The notes under the pieces were generated by a model. It saw only the letters and a program-made list of their open reading frames with translations. It was not told the DNA's origin and did not search any database. Position numbers and translations under genes: made by a program. This document shows positions 49,744 through 62,609 of a DNA stretch of 64,000 bases, piece after piece. The DNA lies in NCBI GenBank assembly GCA_965153455.1, contig OZ234494.1:4340001-4404000 (forward strand), read 5' to 3'. This DNA comes from Sphagnum compactum. Lineage: Eukaryota. The stretch's first letter is position 1; each line of letters begins with the position of its first letter.

Positions 49744-52100
49744 ATGGTGCAAGTCATGGAGTTGTATCCTTCTCAAAGCTTTACACGAAGTCAAGAAACT
49801 CTGTAACATCACCCCTGTGAGATGCCAAAAGATTTGACATTGAGCTCCTTTTAGGTTCAATTAGGTTGCTCAATTTTCTGGGCATTCTCACCATCATAAT
49901 CATCATCAACAACAACAAGTTTCCAGTATGGGTTCATACTGTCTTGTCTGTCACACAATTTGTAGAGGGCAAAACTACACCTGGGATGGATTGGAAACAA
50001 TTCAGCCAGAAATGTCTGGGGCCATGTAGACATCTCTGGCCCTCATAAAAAAAGAAAAAAACAAAACAACTAAACTCTGATTTCATCATTGCTGTTGGGA
50101 GCTCTGATGTGAGTTTTTAGGTATGGAAACTGAGATTTTTTTTAACACAACAAACACATTTTCAGTAAAGCAAATTGTCCTTTCAGAGATGGGTGGAAGG
50201 TCCAAGAGATAGGAGATATTGTGAATAGGAAGATCCTAAGTATAGTAGTGACTGACCCATTTGAAAGAAAATTGAAAACTTGGTGTGGATAACTTTTTCT
50301 TCTTGACATCACTCTCTTTGGTGATCTGTGTGTAGTCGGGTGGTGATGCCAATTTCTGTAGACGAGGTTGGTTTCTTGAACCTTCTTGTTGGTTCAATGG
50401 GTTAGAAGTACTGGTATTTTGGTAATCAAGATGACAGAGCAATGCAGGAGGAGTGTTGTAAACCCAATGTGTTCTGTATCCTGATTCAGCTGCTGATTGA
50501 GTACACAATTGCTGACAGAGCTGACCTGCTTTTAGGGTTGGGACTTACTGCAGTACAGGATAGCACAAATGTATATGGTTACAAAAATACAACAGCTGCA
50601 GACAACTGGGGAAGACGGTGTTGAAGTACTAGTGAATGAGCCTTTTGAAAATGAAGAATGGAAGGGTCAGTTCACCTCCAAAATATATCATTTACAAAGG
50701 TACTTACTTACTATACTACGCCCCAGTCTTGCCAATTCACTGGGGAGCTGAGCAACAAGTTAATTTTTGAAAGGTTTCAGGATTGAAAAGCTTGCAAAAG
50801 TTTTGGGTTTGGAATTTCATACTGCTAAAGGTGGGGATTTTGGGTGCAGCAAATTTCTTTCATGGCTGGCTGCATTTGCACCCTTGAATTCTATGTTGAT
50901 TGAGGAAAAAGCATGGAATGCATACCCCAAGTGCAAAACTGGTTGGTCCCTCTCATGGCCCTTCTATGTAGGAACAAGGTTCTCCAGCACAATTTTTCCA
51001 CTACCAGAGAATGTGGTTTTTCTCACACAAAGAAGTTGTCGCTCATGACACATGTGTAAGGTAAAATTTTGTGGTTTCATCCATTACAATACACAATATG
51101 TGGCATATATTATGTCAAAATGGCAATTTGACATTAGGGAATGGCACATATTGCAATTCTGTTTAAGAGAAACCACATTCTCTTGGAGTGTTTACACTAG
51201 TTTGCAAACTCATTTGAATGCAAGATAACAGGGACTTGAGATATCATGATGTATGTCTAATTGATGGGTATATTTTGCTTTGGTGCATTGACTGGCATTT
51301 TGTCCACAACCTCTGCTGCCACTGTCTACTATCCAGTTCACAAGGTTTGGCCATCCCCTCCTGCTGGTTACTTTTCTGTGTTCTTTGAGAATCATGTTTT
51401 TCACAGCAAATTACATGCAATCAATCCCCTTTCTGTTGGATGGGCGATATCATATCTCCAGATAGAAAATCGACTGCAGAGATGAAGCGTTTTCGATGAT
51501 GTCAAGATTTTGAGAAAGTGGCTGACATGATGTTTGAGGAGTGTCCATACTTTGACAGGATCCAAGCTTGTAATAGAGACCATCAATGTCTTGGATAATG
51601 GGTGCTCTTTCAATGTGTGTAAGTCAATCTTTCTGCTAAGACTTCTGTTTGATATATATATATATATATATATATATTTCTTGCACCCACTCTTCTTCTC
51701 ACACTATTTGAATTCACCTTATTTTCTTCTTGCAGGATGTAAACTACATTTTGCTTCAACTTCGGCTTCTAATGAATGAATGAATGAATGACTGGATATT
51801 GCATCAAATTCAAAGGACTATTGGAGCTATGTTGTGGGGGGTTCTGAAATTGATCTCACAAATTTCTCTTTGAAGACAGGTCATGGGCCACTAACACAGA
51901 GCTGGCAGGTCTACTCTCTTGTTGCTCAAATTCTTTCTTTTTTCACTCTCTTGGGTTTTCTTTCTTCTTTCCTCACCATCATCATGGAACACACATATTG
52001 TAGGAGCTTTTAATCCTACAAATCCTACATCACGAAAAAGGACCACCTGAAGATGTACTTATTATGTGGGATTTTGGGTATGCAGGATATGTGTGATCCA
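49744..52100 (+). pseudogene. Phosphatidylinositol transfer protein (START-like IP_trans/PITP family), unprocessed pseudogene
   Basis: Exons 49744-49763, 50336-50366, 50554-50699, 50850-50941, 51337-51344, 51542-51614, ~51792-51908, 52086-52100 read MVQVMEFRVVMPISVDEYRIAQMY...GVEVLVNEPF...KGQFTSKIYHLQSK...EEKAWNAYPKCKTVHKCPYFDRI/KLVIET...DNG...LDIAS...KTGHGPL...WQDMCDP. There is a +1 frameshift near 51562, the expected segment before LDIAS is replaced by (TGAA)n, and homology stops after DMCDP. Confidence 0.8.
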
Positions 52101-52989
52101 ACTTAAAGAATAATCCCACGGGGCTTGTTCATATCCATGATTCAATCCTGGGCCTTTACCCTACACAAATAACCTTCTAACCTTTATATTAACAGTACCC
52201 TAACAAAGCACTTTGAACTGGATGACGAATTTGTGCAGCAGCACTTGTAAACATAGCCTTAGGTGGAATGTTCTTAGATAAACACATACTCCATTATCTT
52301 TCATCTGCCACATCAATTTCCCACTCGAATCGGCCTATTTCCTGGAAATGACAACTTCAGCCAAGGCTTGGAACATGGAAACCTACACCAATGGGCTTCA
52401 GGATTCAAAGACAACCTTTCAGCATTGCTCAAACTACCAGGAGTAGGCAACTCAAAACTTACAGCACAGATGGCACACCAGCTCTTGAGCAATTTTCAAA
52501 AGGTCAAGAAGGGTCTCATTTATGTCATGGTTGACTCCACGCCAGTGATCAGCACCTTTTGTTGCTGCCACTCAATACAAAAAGGTCATACCAACTTTTA
52601 CTTTGACTAACCAAGAAAATCACACTAGGTGTCTCAATTCTGCTCTATGAAGTATGTTATGGATAGTCAAAAATTCCAGACTCCAGCACACAGCCATGTT
52701 GCAATTCCACAAAAACTGGTAGCATAATAAAGACACTTCAGAAATCAAAATTTGCTGGCATTTTCCTTACTTGAGCAGTCTCCATATCTTCTGCAGAAAT
52801 TGCACAAATATCATAAGAACTTGCAAAACTATTCTGCTACCAATAATTAGTATTCAAAAATGACAATGTCCTCCTCTTGGTCCAACCCCCCAGACCACTC
52901 AGGATAGGCAGAAGACAATGCCAAGTATTAGGCAGGGAAACCAGGTATACCTTTCTGTTTTAACAGACCTCCTTCAATCACCACCTCTG

Positions 52990-54982
52990 TCAGTTTTGTA
53001 CTCCTTTTGCTTGCTGCAATATAGCCATCATTTTTGTTTCAGCCTACAGTAAATGAAAGCAATCAAGCTGCTAGTACAATGCATTGCCACAAAAGGTATG
53101 CTGTACAAATGCCCAATACAAATTAAGCTTAAGATTTCTTTACACATATTCAAACCCAACTAATTAAAAATTTGTGAAGATATAGAATTCCCCTGAGATG
53201 AACATTATGTGCATCCTGTCAACATTGTACTGTCATAAAGCTAGACATTCATGTCCACCCCTGTACAGGTGTGTGCCTGTCAAAAGCAGATCTAGGGATC
53301 AAGCTGCAAGGTAGAAATCCTTGCAAGGCACCCAATAGCACAACTTACTCACAGATATGTCAGCTAACCTTAGCAGGCCCATTTTTGTAGGTTGCCATTG
53401 CTGTCTCATATTTTGCCTTCCTCTTTGCAGCCTCTGAGATGTAAGGAGCTTTTTCCTGCATATCAAGCGAAGTCCTTATGATCCACATATGGACAGCAAA
53501 TTATAAGGATCATCTGACCAGGTTCAGCATCTTTAGATTTACTGGCGAACAGAGATGCTCAGCCAAAACCGAGTTGTTTGAAACAATCACTCAACACACC
53601 ATTGCAAGTGCAAATACATATTTTCAAGGTCACACATAACTGACCTCATCAGACAGCTGTAGCCACTTCTCACCACCTGCCTTAGCACTCTGCATAACAA
53701 TGGCTCACTGATTTCACACCACGAAGGTAGATCCATTTACAGAGGGACACTAGCAAGCATCAGGGTATCACTCTGAACACATGCAGGACATCTATTCAGT
53801 ACCATTAGAAAGGAAGAACAGAAAGAAAGGGACTTAAGGCAGGAGTAGGATGAAACTGGAGCTTACAACAATCTTGCTTACAATAGTCTTATCTGCATCT
53901 ACATGAATATTACCCCAGTATTCTTGAGATCCAAAAAATCCATAGTTAGTTGATGTGCGGATATAGTAACTCACCGCAGTTATTCCTTTCACATCAGGGT
54001 TCTCCTCCTTAAATGTCTTCCTGAATGTTTCCCTAGATACACCAGATACCAGACAGAGTTCAAATAGTGAGATGGTTGATTCACCAGACTTCAATGCAGA
54101 ACAATCCTCCAAAGAAATAGTAAACACAGTACCTGCTACTCACATGAGAAAACTTTACACTGTAGTGACAATGCACTCACATGAAAATTAAGTAGGCAGA
54201 TGGAGGACGCTTGGGCATATCAGAATCTTTAGCAGCCTTTTTCTTATTCAATTTCCCCACTCTGTTCACAAAACAAAATTGTCTGCCAACATGAATCTGG
54301 TGGAAAACCCAGAAACAAACAGCAGCAGTAACAAACTTTGGATATCTAAGCATGAGAACAAGCATACTTCTCATCCAGTTTTCCTTTCCAACCTTCGCAG
54401 TGGATTTGCAACTCAAAATAGCTTAGCACAAAAAGCTCAAAGATGCAAGTGCAGCCAGGTTTAGGAATATCCCAGCCTGACAGAGCTCAGACAGAGCATA
54501 CCTCTCAGGCTTGGTCATGCTTGCAGCCTCCCCATTCACATTTGCTGTTTACACCAAGGAAAGAACAAGAATTAGGGGAAAAATAGAAAAGCTCTTCAGA
54601 AGATGGGTACAGCCAAAACAAGTCCAATAACTTTGGCATGCACATAGCTGCTATGAAGTGGAATGTCCTTCAAGTTTAAGAGATGCACACTAAAAAAAAA
54701 TGAAGCCAGAACAATCATTTTGTTTGCAATCAAAAGAGGTCTCAAAACTGTTATCTCAAAAGGACAGAAATAAAAATTATCTTTATTGTTGCTAAAAAAG
54801 GAAGCCACAGAGGTTCATATTCACAAAGGTGGTTAGTGATGCACATGCTCTAGCCTTGGTCTGCACCTTCTCCTTGGTGGAGTACGCCTCAGAACCACCC
54901 ACACCACTGTCAAGCTCCCACTTCCTAATTGATTCACAACTACCATCATTAGAGAAATCATCTTACTGTGAACATCTTTCAT
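52990..54982 (-). CDS. HMGB-like single HMG-box protein (start codon and last exon uncertain)
   Basis: Exons 54982-54967, 54544-54502, 54261-54181, 54032-53975, 53689-53645, 53455-53369, 53043-52990 splice in phase to MKDVHTNVNGEAASMTKPERVGKLNKKKAAKDSDMPKRPPSAYLIFMETFRKTFKEENPDVKGITASAKAGGEKWLQLSDEEKAPYISEAAKRKAKYETAMATYKNGPAKAETKMMAILQQAKGVQN*. Confidence 0.85.
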
Positions 54983-55741
54983 GCTGCATACCTGAACACC
55001 AGTATTGAGGGAAATGTTAGAATACACTACTTGAGGCTTACTCATTGAAACTTCAAAATGAAGAAAGGAAACAGCATCCAGAGAGCCAAAAATACAAAGG
55101 GCCACTTCTCACCAATAGTTGAGGCAGTTCACCCCTCTCTTTGCAGTGTGTCCTACTCTTTACCTCCATGGCATTGTAACCTACTTTTGTCAAGCATGAA
55201 TGGAACAGAACAAAGAGCAGGTCATCGTGTGTAAATGAGGCATTGACCTAAGGCTGGAGGGAGTGCAATACCGAATGCTAGCTGTAAGATTGGTGAGATT
55301 GAAGGCATCCCGAAATCCAATCCTGATACAGCTTGCTTGTGTTTTCAACTCTAGACTTCCCCTTGTGTTGACACCTTTTACCACAGTCTGAAAACAACAC
55401 AAAATAATAGCATCAAGAAAAAAAGAAGAGCAGCAAATGCTAACTTTCAAACCCCAAAATGCAACCATAACAATGCAGACAATAATCATCACAACATCCT
55501 AGTGCCCTCTTCACGGTCCAGCCGCAAGTGAGAAAAGCTGTTAACTCAGCACTCTGAAAGCTCAAACACTCGTGGAATGCACAGAGGACATAAAAAGCAA
55601 GTCTAATATAATGCAAACACCGAATGCTGGCATAAATATTGGAAATCCATGTTGACTGACTAAGTCTGTGCTTGAACTAGAAAATAGCTTAGGCACATAA
55701 ATCCCACACAAAGAACCAAAAGAAAATAGAAAATAGCAGCA

Positions 55742-56210
55742 AGATTGGAAGGGAAACAAACAAGAAAAGACCAGAGCAAGGTGGGGATGGAAACAAACAA
55801 GGAAACAGCAGTGCAAAGGTCGGAATGGAAACAAACAAGAAAGCAGCAGAGCAAAGGTTGGAATGGAAACAAACAAGAAAACAGCAGAGCAAAGGTTGGA
55901 ATGGAAACAAACAAGAAAACAGCAGAGAAAGGCTCAAATGGAAACATACAAGAAAACGCCAGAGCGAGGTTTGAATGGGAAAAAACAAGAAAAAAGCCAA
56001 GCGAAGGCCGGAATGGGATGGAAGCAAACAAGGAAACGACAGAGCGAAGGTTGGAATGGAAAGAAATAAGGAAACAGCAGAAGAGCAAACGTTAGAATGG
56101 AAGAAAAAGAAGCAACAGCAGAAGAGCAAAGGTACGAATGGAGACAAACAAGAAAACAGCAGAGCAAAGATTGGAATGGAAACAAGTAAGGAAACAGCAG
56201 AGCAAAGTAG
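55742..56210. repeat. 38-bp minisatellite (about 12 diverged copies) in the presumed first intron of the HMGB-like gene
   Basis: Unit GAATGGAAACAAACAAGAAAACAGCAGAGCAAAGGTTG starts at 55823, 55861, 55899 and onward. A minus-strand donor GAA|GTACGT lies at 56249. Confidence 0.9.
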
Positions 56211-56740
56211 TTGATGCAAAGAAAGGTTGTTGGAAATGCGGTCACGTACTTCAGCGCTGGGACGGCAAGCAACACCGTGATGATAAGGTGCTGCTGTCTT
56301 ATACAGATCGCACAACACTCCTCCCGCTCTCAACATTGTGGCCCCTTGGTTCCGCCGCACAACACAAAACGGCGACAAAACTCCTCCACGACGGACGGAC
56401 TGACGGACGGACGCGGGGCGGACAGCGGCCACAGCAGCGATGGAGCTCTCAAAAGGGCCGCAGCAGCAGCAGCAGCAGCAACGCAGCAGCGAACCTCAAC
56501 AAAGGACTCAAAAACCACAGCCACAAAGGGAACGACAAATCGCCAAGGACTGGGGGTTATCAAACCAGGTGTCAATCCAGGTGCCAAACTGGATTTTTTT
56601 CTTTTTTGGTAAATCTAAGTCCTAAGTTTTAGGAAGCAAAAAAATTAGGTATTTAAATTTTACCCTAAAATCGACAGTGTGAGTTATTACTATTATTATT
56701 ATTATTATTATTATTATTGTTATATTTTTTATTAATTTAT

Positions 56741-56900
56741 CTAAGGTGGTCATCCTCTATAAGCCTGTTTAGCCAAATTTGGCTATCAACAAAATATGAA
56801 AGAGAAAAAAAATTTAAACAGCCTTTCTAGATTTTTGGCTCCCGACTTGAATGATGTATAGATATATGGCGATTCCTTTGGGGAATTATGGCGATTTATT
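56741..56900 (+). repeat. Short dispersed repeat, second copy of the family in NPC1 intron 5
   Basis: Shares tttagccaaatttg and tttttggct blocks, with similar spacing, with the reverse complement of 22165-22372. Confidence 0.6.
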
Positions 56901-58249
56901 TCAAACTAATCACTCAGAATCAACGGTTCAGATACCTTCGATTGACGGCTAATAATCACTTGCATTTACTAACGGGTTGCGGGGAAGGATTTTACGGCCA
57001 GAGAGGCCGATTCCGCATTTTTATTCCCGGATTGAGCTTACCCCATACGGGATTCCGACGCATAATCGACTGTCTAGGTCCCTTGACCATACCTGGTTAT
57101 TCTGCAGGAATTTAGGTGTCTTTGAATGGCAAAATCGGCACTGTTGGCTGATTCTGTCATTTCCTACAAATCTATGGTCCTTTAAATGTGTCCCCTAGGC
57201 CTCATTTTCTTCCAATTACTCCCTTTCTAAAGTCCTACAAGAAATTTCTTAGTGTACTTGGAACACACAATATTAAACCATAAATTTTTCATGGCAAAGC
57301 ACAAGCATTTATTATTATTTTTTAATTTATGCTTTCATAAAATTCCCATGCAATTAAGGTGTTTTAAGTTTAAAGAAATAATATTTACCTATATTTGTAT
57401 TTAATTATTCATCTTTTACCAATTTCTATTTTTTCATATCTATTTTGAATTACTTCCTTTTTTTTCTTTTTCTTTTTAGCTAGCTTTGTGGTATTATGTG
57501 AATTTTAATTTAATTATTTCCAATTTAAATCGCATTGAATCTACTGCAAGCTATCTAAATTTTAAATAATGAAATTTGTGTTTGAATCATTGAATTTTGA
57601 TTTAAATCACACTATGTGAAAAACAATCCAAATTCAAAACAAAACATGCAATGGTTTATTTTGTCACTTTCAAACAAGAATTACATAATGAAATTTATAT
57701 TAAATTTTGTAATAAAAATAAAAATTGATAAAATTGCACATCTTTTAATATGTTGTCTCTTATCAAAATGTGACAACTAAAAAAACAAGTTTGAACTAGA
57801 ATTTGTTGCTATAATCAAACATGAATTTCAAATAAAATTTTACCATGTTTAAGTTATTCACCTTAGATGGGTATCTCAACTATTTAACCATTTTTGTCAC
57901 TTGCTTTCATTCATATTCTAAGTTCAGATTTATCGCCTTCACATCAAAAAGTTGTCATTGTTGAAATTCCTCAAGTAGTAACCAATGTTGAACAATTTTT
58001 TAATTTTTCTCAAAATCATTTGGTTTGCGTTTTTAAATGTTTTGAAAGACTTGACCTGGTTCTTATTTTAAATTTTATTTTCATCTTTTGAAGACCCAAA
58101 TAAGGTTTCAAAAATTTGGAAAAAATAATTTTACTCAGGTTTCAAAGTGTTAGGTTTCACACATTTTATACTAGTTGGTTTTCAAAGTTAATTTTCACAT
58201 ACCAGTTATTATAAGTTTATTATTCCAATTTTTTTGTTTTTAATGTTGT

Positions 58250-59175
58250 AAAAGGGATAGTAACGTTGAACAAGCAAAGAACAATAAGAGGAGCAACAAT
58301 GTTGAGCAAGCAGGGAGCAAGAAAAAGAGTAACAATAAGAAGAACCATAGCATCGAATGAACAAGTAACAAGCAAACAACAACAAGAAAAATAGCAACGT
58401 CAAACAAGGAATAACAAGAGGAGTACCAACATTAAGCAAGTAGTAGCAAGAGGAATAACAATGTCAAGCAAGGAGTAGCGAAAGGTGTAATAGCATTGAA
58501 CAAGCAAGGAATAATAACATCGAACAAAGAACAACAAGAAGATAAGCAACATCAAACAAGGAACAACGTCGAGCAAGCAATGAGTAGCATGAAGAGTAGC
58601 AACGTCGAATAAGGAGTAGCAAGAACAACAACAACATCAAGCAAGAAAAAGCAAGAATAACATCAACGTCAAACAAGGAGTGCCAAGCAAGGAACATCAA
58701 GCAATAACTACTAACCAAGACAACTACTCAAAAGAATTAATCTAAGCAACAAACAAAAAACAAAAAAGACAACAAAATATTCACACACAATGAGAAAAAA
58801 AACTTGAAACACTTACTTTAAATGAACCAACAAGTGACGTTTAATGGTTAAACCCTAAACCTAACTAAACCTTAAATTAACTATTAAATATTGATTAAAC
58901 ATTAAACATTAAACCCTATTAACTACTGACTACCTAATTAATTCTAAACCCTAAAACCCTAACCTGAATTTTTTTAATACCATGTCAGGGTTTCGATAAA
59001 ATATAAATATACATTTGATTAAGGTTTCAAAGGCTCAGTTCTCACATTACATAAAACCCTGCAACTAGGTTTCGTAAAGGGCATCAATCAATGTGACACC
59101 CTAAAGGTTTCAAACTAAGAACTGGCTTGAAACCAGGTCCGGTTCTCACATTTTTCCAATACCCGCCAACACTAG
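58250..59175. mobile_element. Non-autonomous DNA-transposon remnant: AAGCAAG/AACAAG low-complexity tract plus terminus ATACCCGCCAACACTAG
   Basis: Low-complexity tract at 58250-58730. The terminal motif at 59158-59175 recurs as ATACCCACCCAACACTAG at 63695-63712; its reverse complement TAGTGTTGG is hAT-like. Confidence 0.4.
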
Positions 59176-62100
59176 TAGTTATCACCATGGGTACTTCTGT
59201 AAAATAAATATTTTTGACCATTTAATTAGTTTTTTTCTAGGAAATTTCATGGCTACCTTTATGAACAACTACCATCTCTTCATCAAATTCCCTAACATCA
59301 TTAATTTTTTTGATTTTTTTATCACCATCTGTGACAATTGTCCTTGAGAATAACCTTGTAGTAAATCTTCCCCAAAAAAAACACCTATGCCCTCCTATTA
59401 TTTTATTCCTCTATTTTCTTTCGATTAATGAAACACAAATATCATTTACCTCACTCAAACTTCTTGTTTGGGACCTTCCTTCCCTCCATTGAGAATGGTG
59501 TCAATAAGCAATATTTATCTCATGGTTTTCCAAAGGTTCTTCCATTTTGACCTTACGGTAGGTGGCACCCATTGTCACTTTCATTGTGGGCTACACATCC
59601 GTTTCCATCTTGTCAAAATGACATACATTTTCCACCCCCCAATTCCTTTTCCAAAATCTAATCTAATTATTTTCATCTCCTTTTGTCATTACATGGCTCA
59701 TGGTTTTATTACAAAGGTTAATCTTACTACATGAATCCCCCCCCGCCCCCTCTCCCCCTAATTAACCAACAATGTCTATTGTCTTTCTTTGCCCTACAAT
59801 GGTACAAATGCAATATTTGTTTAAGTTAGGTTGAAATTTATAGTCTCATGTTGGGTTAAAATATTAGAACCTGGGGTCTTTTGCTACCTTTCTTGAACAA
59901 TTGTATCATTATACTCTTCAACTCCAAATCTTGAATCTTTAAGATTTAATACCTTCCTCTTTCCACATCCCATTACCTTTCACAATGTAGTTTTTTAAAG
60001 GACATAAACCACTACTGAAAACAATGAAAAATTATCTTGAGCTTTTGAGCATTGTATGCAATACTTTCATGAACCAAAATTTGATTTTCTCTTTACTTTT
60101 CCAAAATTTCACATCAACACCTTAATTCTCCAATTTTTTTAAAATCAAGCACCAATAAACTTCCTCAACCAAAGTTTTGGAATAAAATCCACAGTATATG
60201 TGCCAAATGTATAACAACAAACTCGACAATCCTATTGCAAGCAAAATAGTGGGCTATTGGGTTAGAAAGTAAACTATTCACAAGGGAAACACAAATTAGA
60301 AATAAAATTTCCTTTGGAAAAGTAATCATGCCTTTAATGCATAATCAACCAAAATATAACTCCATAATAAAAAAAAAGGGGGAGGGGCTGGAAGGTAATT
60401 ACTTTCTAATCCTTTGAAAGTACCTCCTCTAACCATATATACCAAACGTATTTATCCATTTTGTTGTAAATGTTGTTTTCCATCAAATTGCTTGAAGACT
60501 ATCCTTATCATTTTATTGTAACTAACTTTTGGCAAGCTACCAAATTCCAAAGAGCAAATTCTTTAAAAAAAAAAAAAAAAAAAACTACACTAATATGAAA
60601 CCTACAATAATCTACATCAAATTGTAATGAAGTACTACCATTCTAAAAAGAAAGGAAAGTAAAAAAAAATGAAAAAAAAAATTCTAAAACGAATCAAGCC
60701 CCACAACCTTCACAAACCCACTTGCATTACTTTTTCTTTCTTCATATAAAATTTCTCTCTTCCATTCCTCCATAAATTTTTCATGTAAGAATGATGGAAA
60801 TTCATCATTTCTATTTTTTTTTGTAAACCACATAAGGTACACGTTCCACTCACAAAAGTAAACCCCCTTATCATAATCCTTTCACAAATCCCTCCTAATT
60901 GAATGGTAGATACCAATCACCCATTCACATGGGTTTACTAACTTATGGCCTCATCCTCAAAATAAATTAGAATATGATAAGTATATCTACCATTAGTAAT
61001 TATCTAATATTAATAGGCCCATAGGACTAGCTAGTCTAAGTAGAATTCTTTACCCTCAATAAAAACCCTCTTGTTTAGAAGGCCTACCAATGGTAAACAT
61101 ATGTTTGGTGAACCTACCAATTCATAGAATTCATGAATCATGAATCTCAAACAATTTCTTGATGGAATGTTAATATAAATTTGTTGAAAGTTTGTCCCTA
61201 TTAATCAAAACATCACATCTTATGTTCACATATTTTCAGATTGTTGATGCACCCACAAATTAAAACAATCAACCACATGAATGGCATTATGTCCATGAAC
61301 AAATGTGTAAAGAATGATTGCAGCTATTTTCTAATCTTTAGTTGTGGTATCACAAGATTGAGGCATTGAAATTGCAAAAAAAATATTTCTTAATTCGTCA
61401 TGTAATACACTAAGGTTTTTTTTCCCTCATTTTTTGGGCTAATATGTCGTATTTCAATTTCCATTCAATTTGAATGCTTAGGTTGTTCATGTTTTTTCAC
61501 CACAACCAAAGAAGGTATCTTTTTACGGTCGTTATAACTTTTCACAAGAGTAGTTGAAATTAAGTCTTTATGTGGGCTCATTAATAAAGAAAGGTATCAA
61601 AATGGAATACAAATGATTAAGGTGTTTGCATTGGAATTCCATCAATTAAATTACATCATGATAGTTAGTTTTTAAAAGTTAATCTAGACTATTGATAGGG
61701 ATTTACGATTTAAGGTGACTATGCCTTTGAACTTTTGCAAGCTCTCATCACTTTGCACATGGAACGCCCTAAGAAAATATGTTAGACTCAAGAAAATGCC
61801 ATTGTAGGTTGTCATTGGGCAATGCATTTGAGGAGCAAGATGGACTTGCACATAAATGAAAGATGCAACAAGTGATGTCTCCTTATCTTGATTTGTGTTT
61901 GTGAATCCCAAAATTGTTATTGTGCATGGTGAGGGTTTGAGGTTTGTAATCACGTATTTGACCTACTATAGTAATAAATATACTTGGGCTAGGTTTTGAT
62001 GATGGGTTTAAGTCTTTGTCTTTTATGTTTAAGAGGTTATATGTTGATGCAAGTTTGAATAGCCATTCAACAATTCTATACTACATTTGTGAGGAGTGAA

Positions 62101-62609
62101 TGTAACATTGTGCATTCTTGAAATCTAGGATGCCCAATTCAAGGATTGGACATTGTGTTTGCACAAAATATGTTAGTAATGATAACATATGTGTACATTC
62201 CGGGTCGGTGGATTCAAACCAAATATCAAGATATAAAGTTCAATATACTGCAAGTAATTAAATAGAAAGGTGGCTTATGTATAGTTAGATGTTGTTTATG
62301 TTGTGATAACATGAATGATCGTTGAAATGTTTTGTTGTGTTTATCTTGAAAGTTTGTGGGTCGCCTTTTGGTGTGCAAAATTATATTCTTTAGGGTGAAT
62401 AAACAAGGAATGCAATCTGAAAGGTGACTACATGGAAACTTGAAAATGTAAGACATGATTTGCTTTCTTTTGTTGTTGTCCGAAAAGGGCAAAAAACACA
62501 AACGTGGAATATTTAATCACAAATCTAAAACGATTGATGCTTATTGTTTTGTGTGAATATGTATGCATTAGTAAAGTTGCATGTTTCGGGTTATTGACTT
62601 GTTACATAG

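Noticed and set aside
7572..54982. Functional gene cluster (NPC1 with PITP for lipid transport, or MSH2 with HMGB for DNA metabolism)
   Set aside because: These are ordinary housekeeping genes separated by TE-rich spacers, and the PITP copy is broken. Nothing in the sequence indicates co-regulation.
54830..55387. A continuous ~110-aa N-terminal extension of the HMG protein using all candidate leader exons
   Set aside because: Joining 55387-55248, 55180-55164 and 54991-54967 arrives out of phase with the HMG-box exons unless a weak, unsupported extra exon is invoked.
55742..56210. 38-bp repeats as a possible CRISPR array
   Set aside because: Units are head-to-tail with no unique spacers, there are no cas genes, and the context is a eukaryotic intron.
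55689..56632. Long ORFs of 104-247 aa on both strands
   Set aside because: They are translations of the minisatellite and a CAG/GCA tract. Only the 56336-56250 portion is kept, as a candidate first exon.
56900..57200. GC-richer block as a possible snRNA or other ncRNA
   Set aside because: No recognisable U-snRNA, SRP or tRNA sequence and no USE/TATA pair. More simply an upstream region of the HMG-box gene.
59200..61000. Possible highly decayed LINE reverse transcriptase on the minus strand
   Set aside because: Only vague motif echoes with no intact catalytic motif. It would need an HMM or tBLASTx hit to call.
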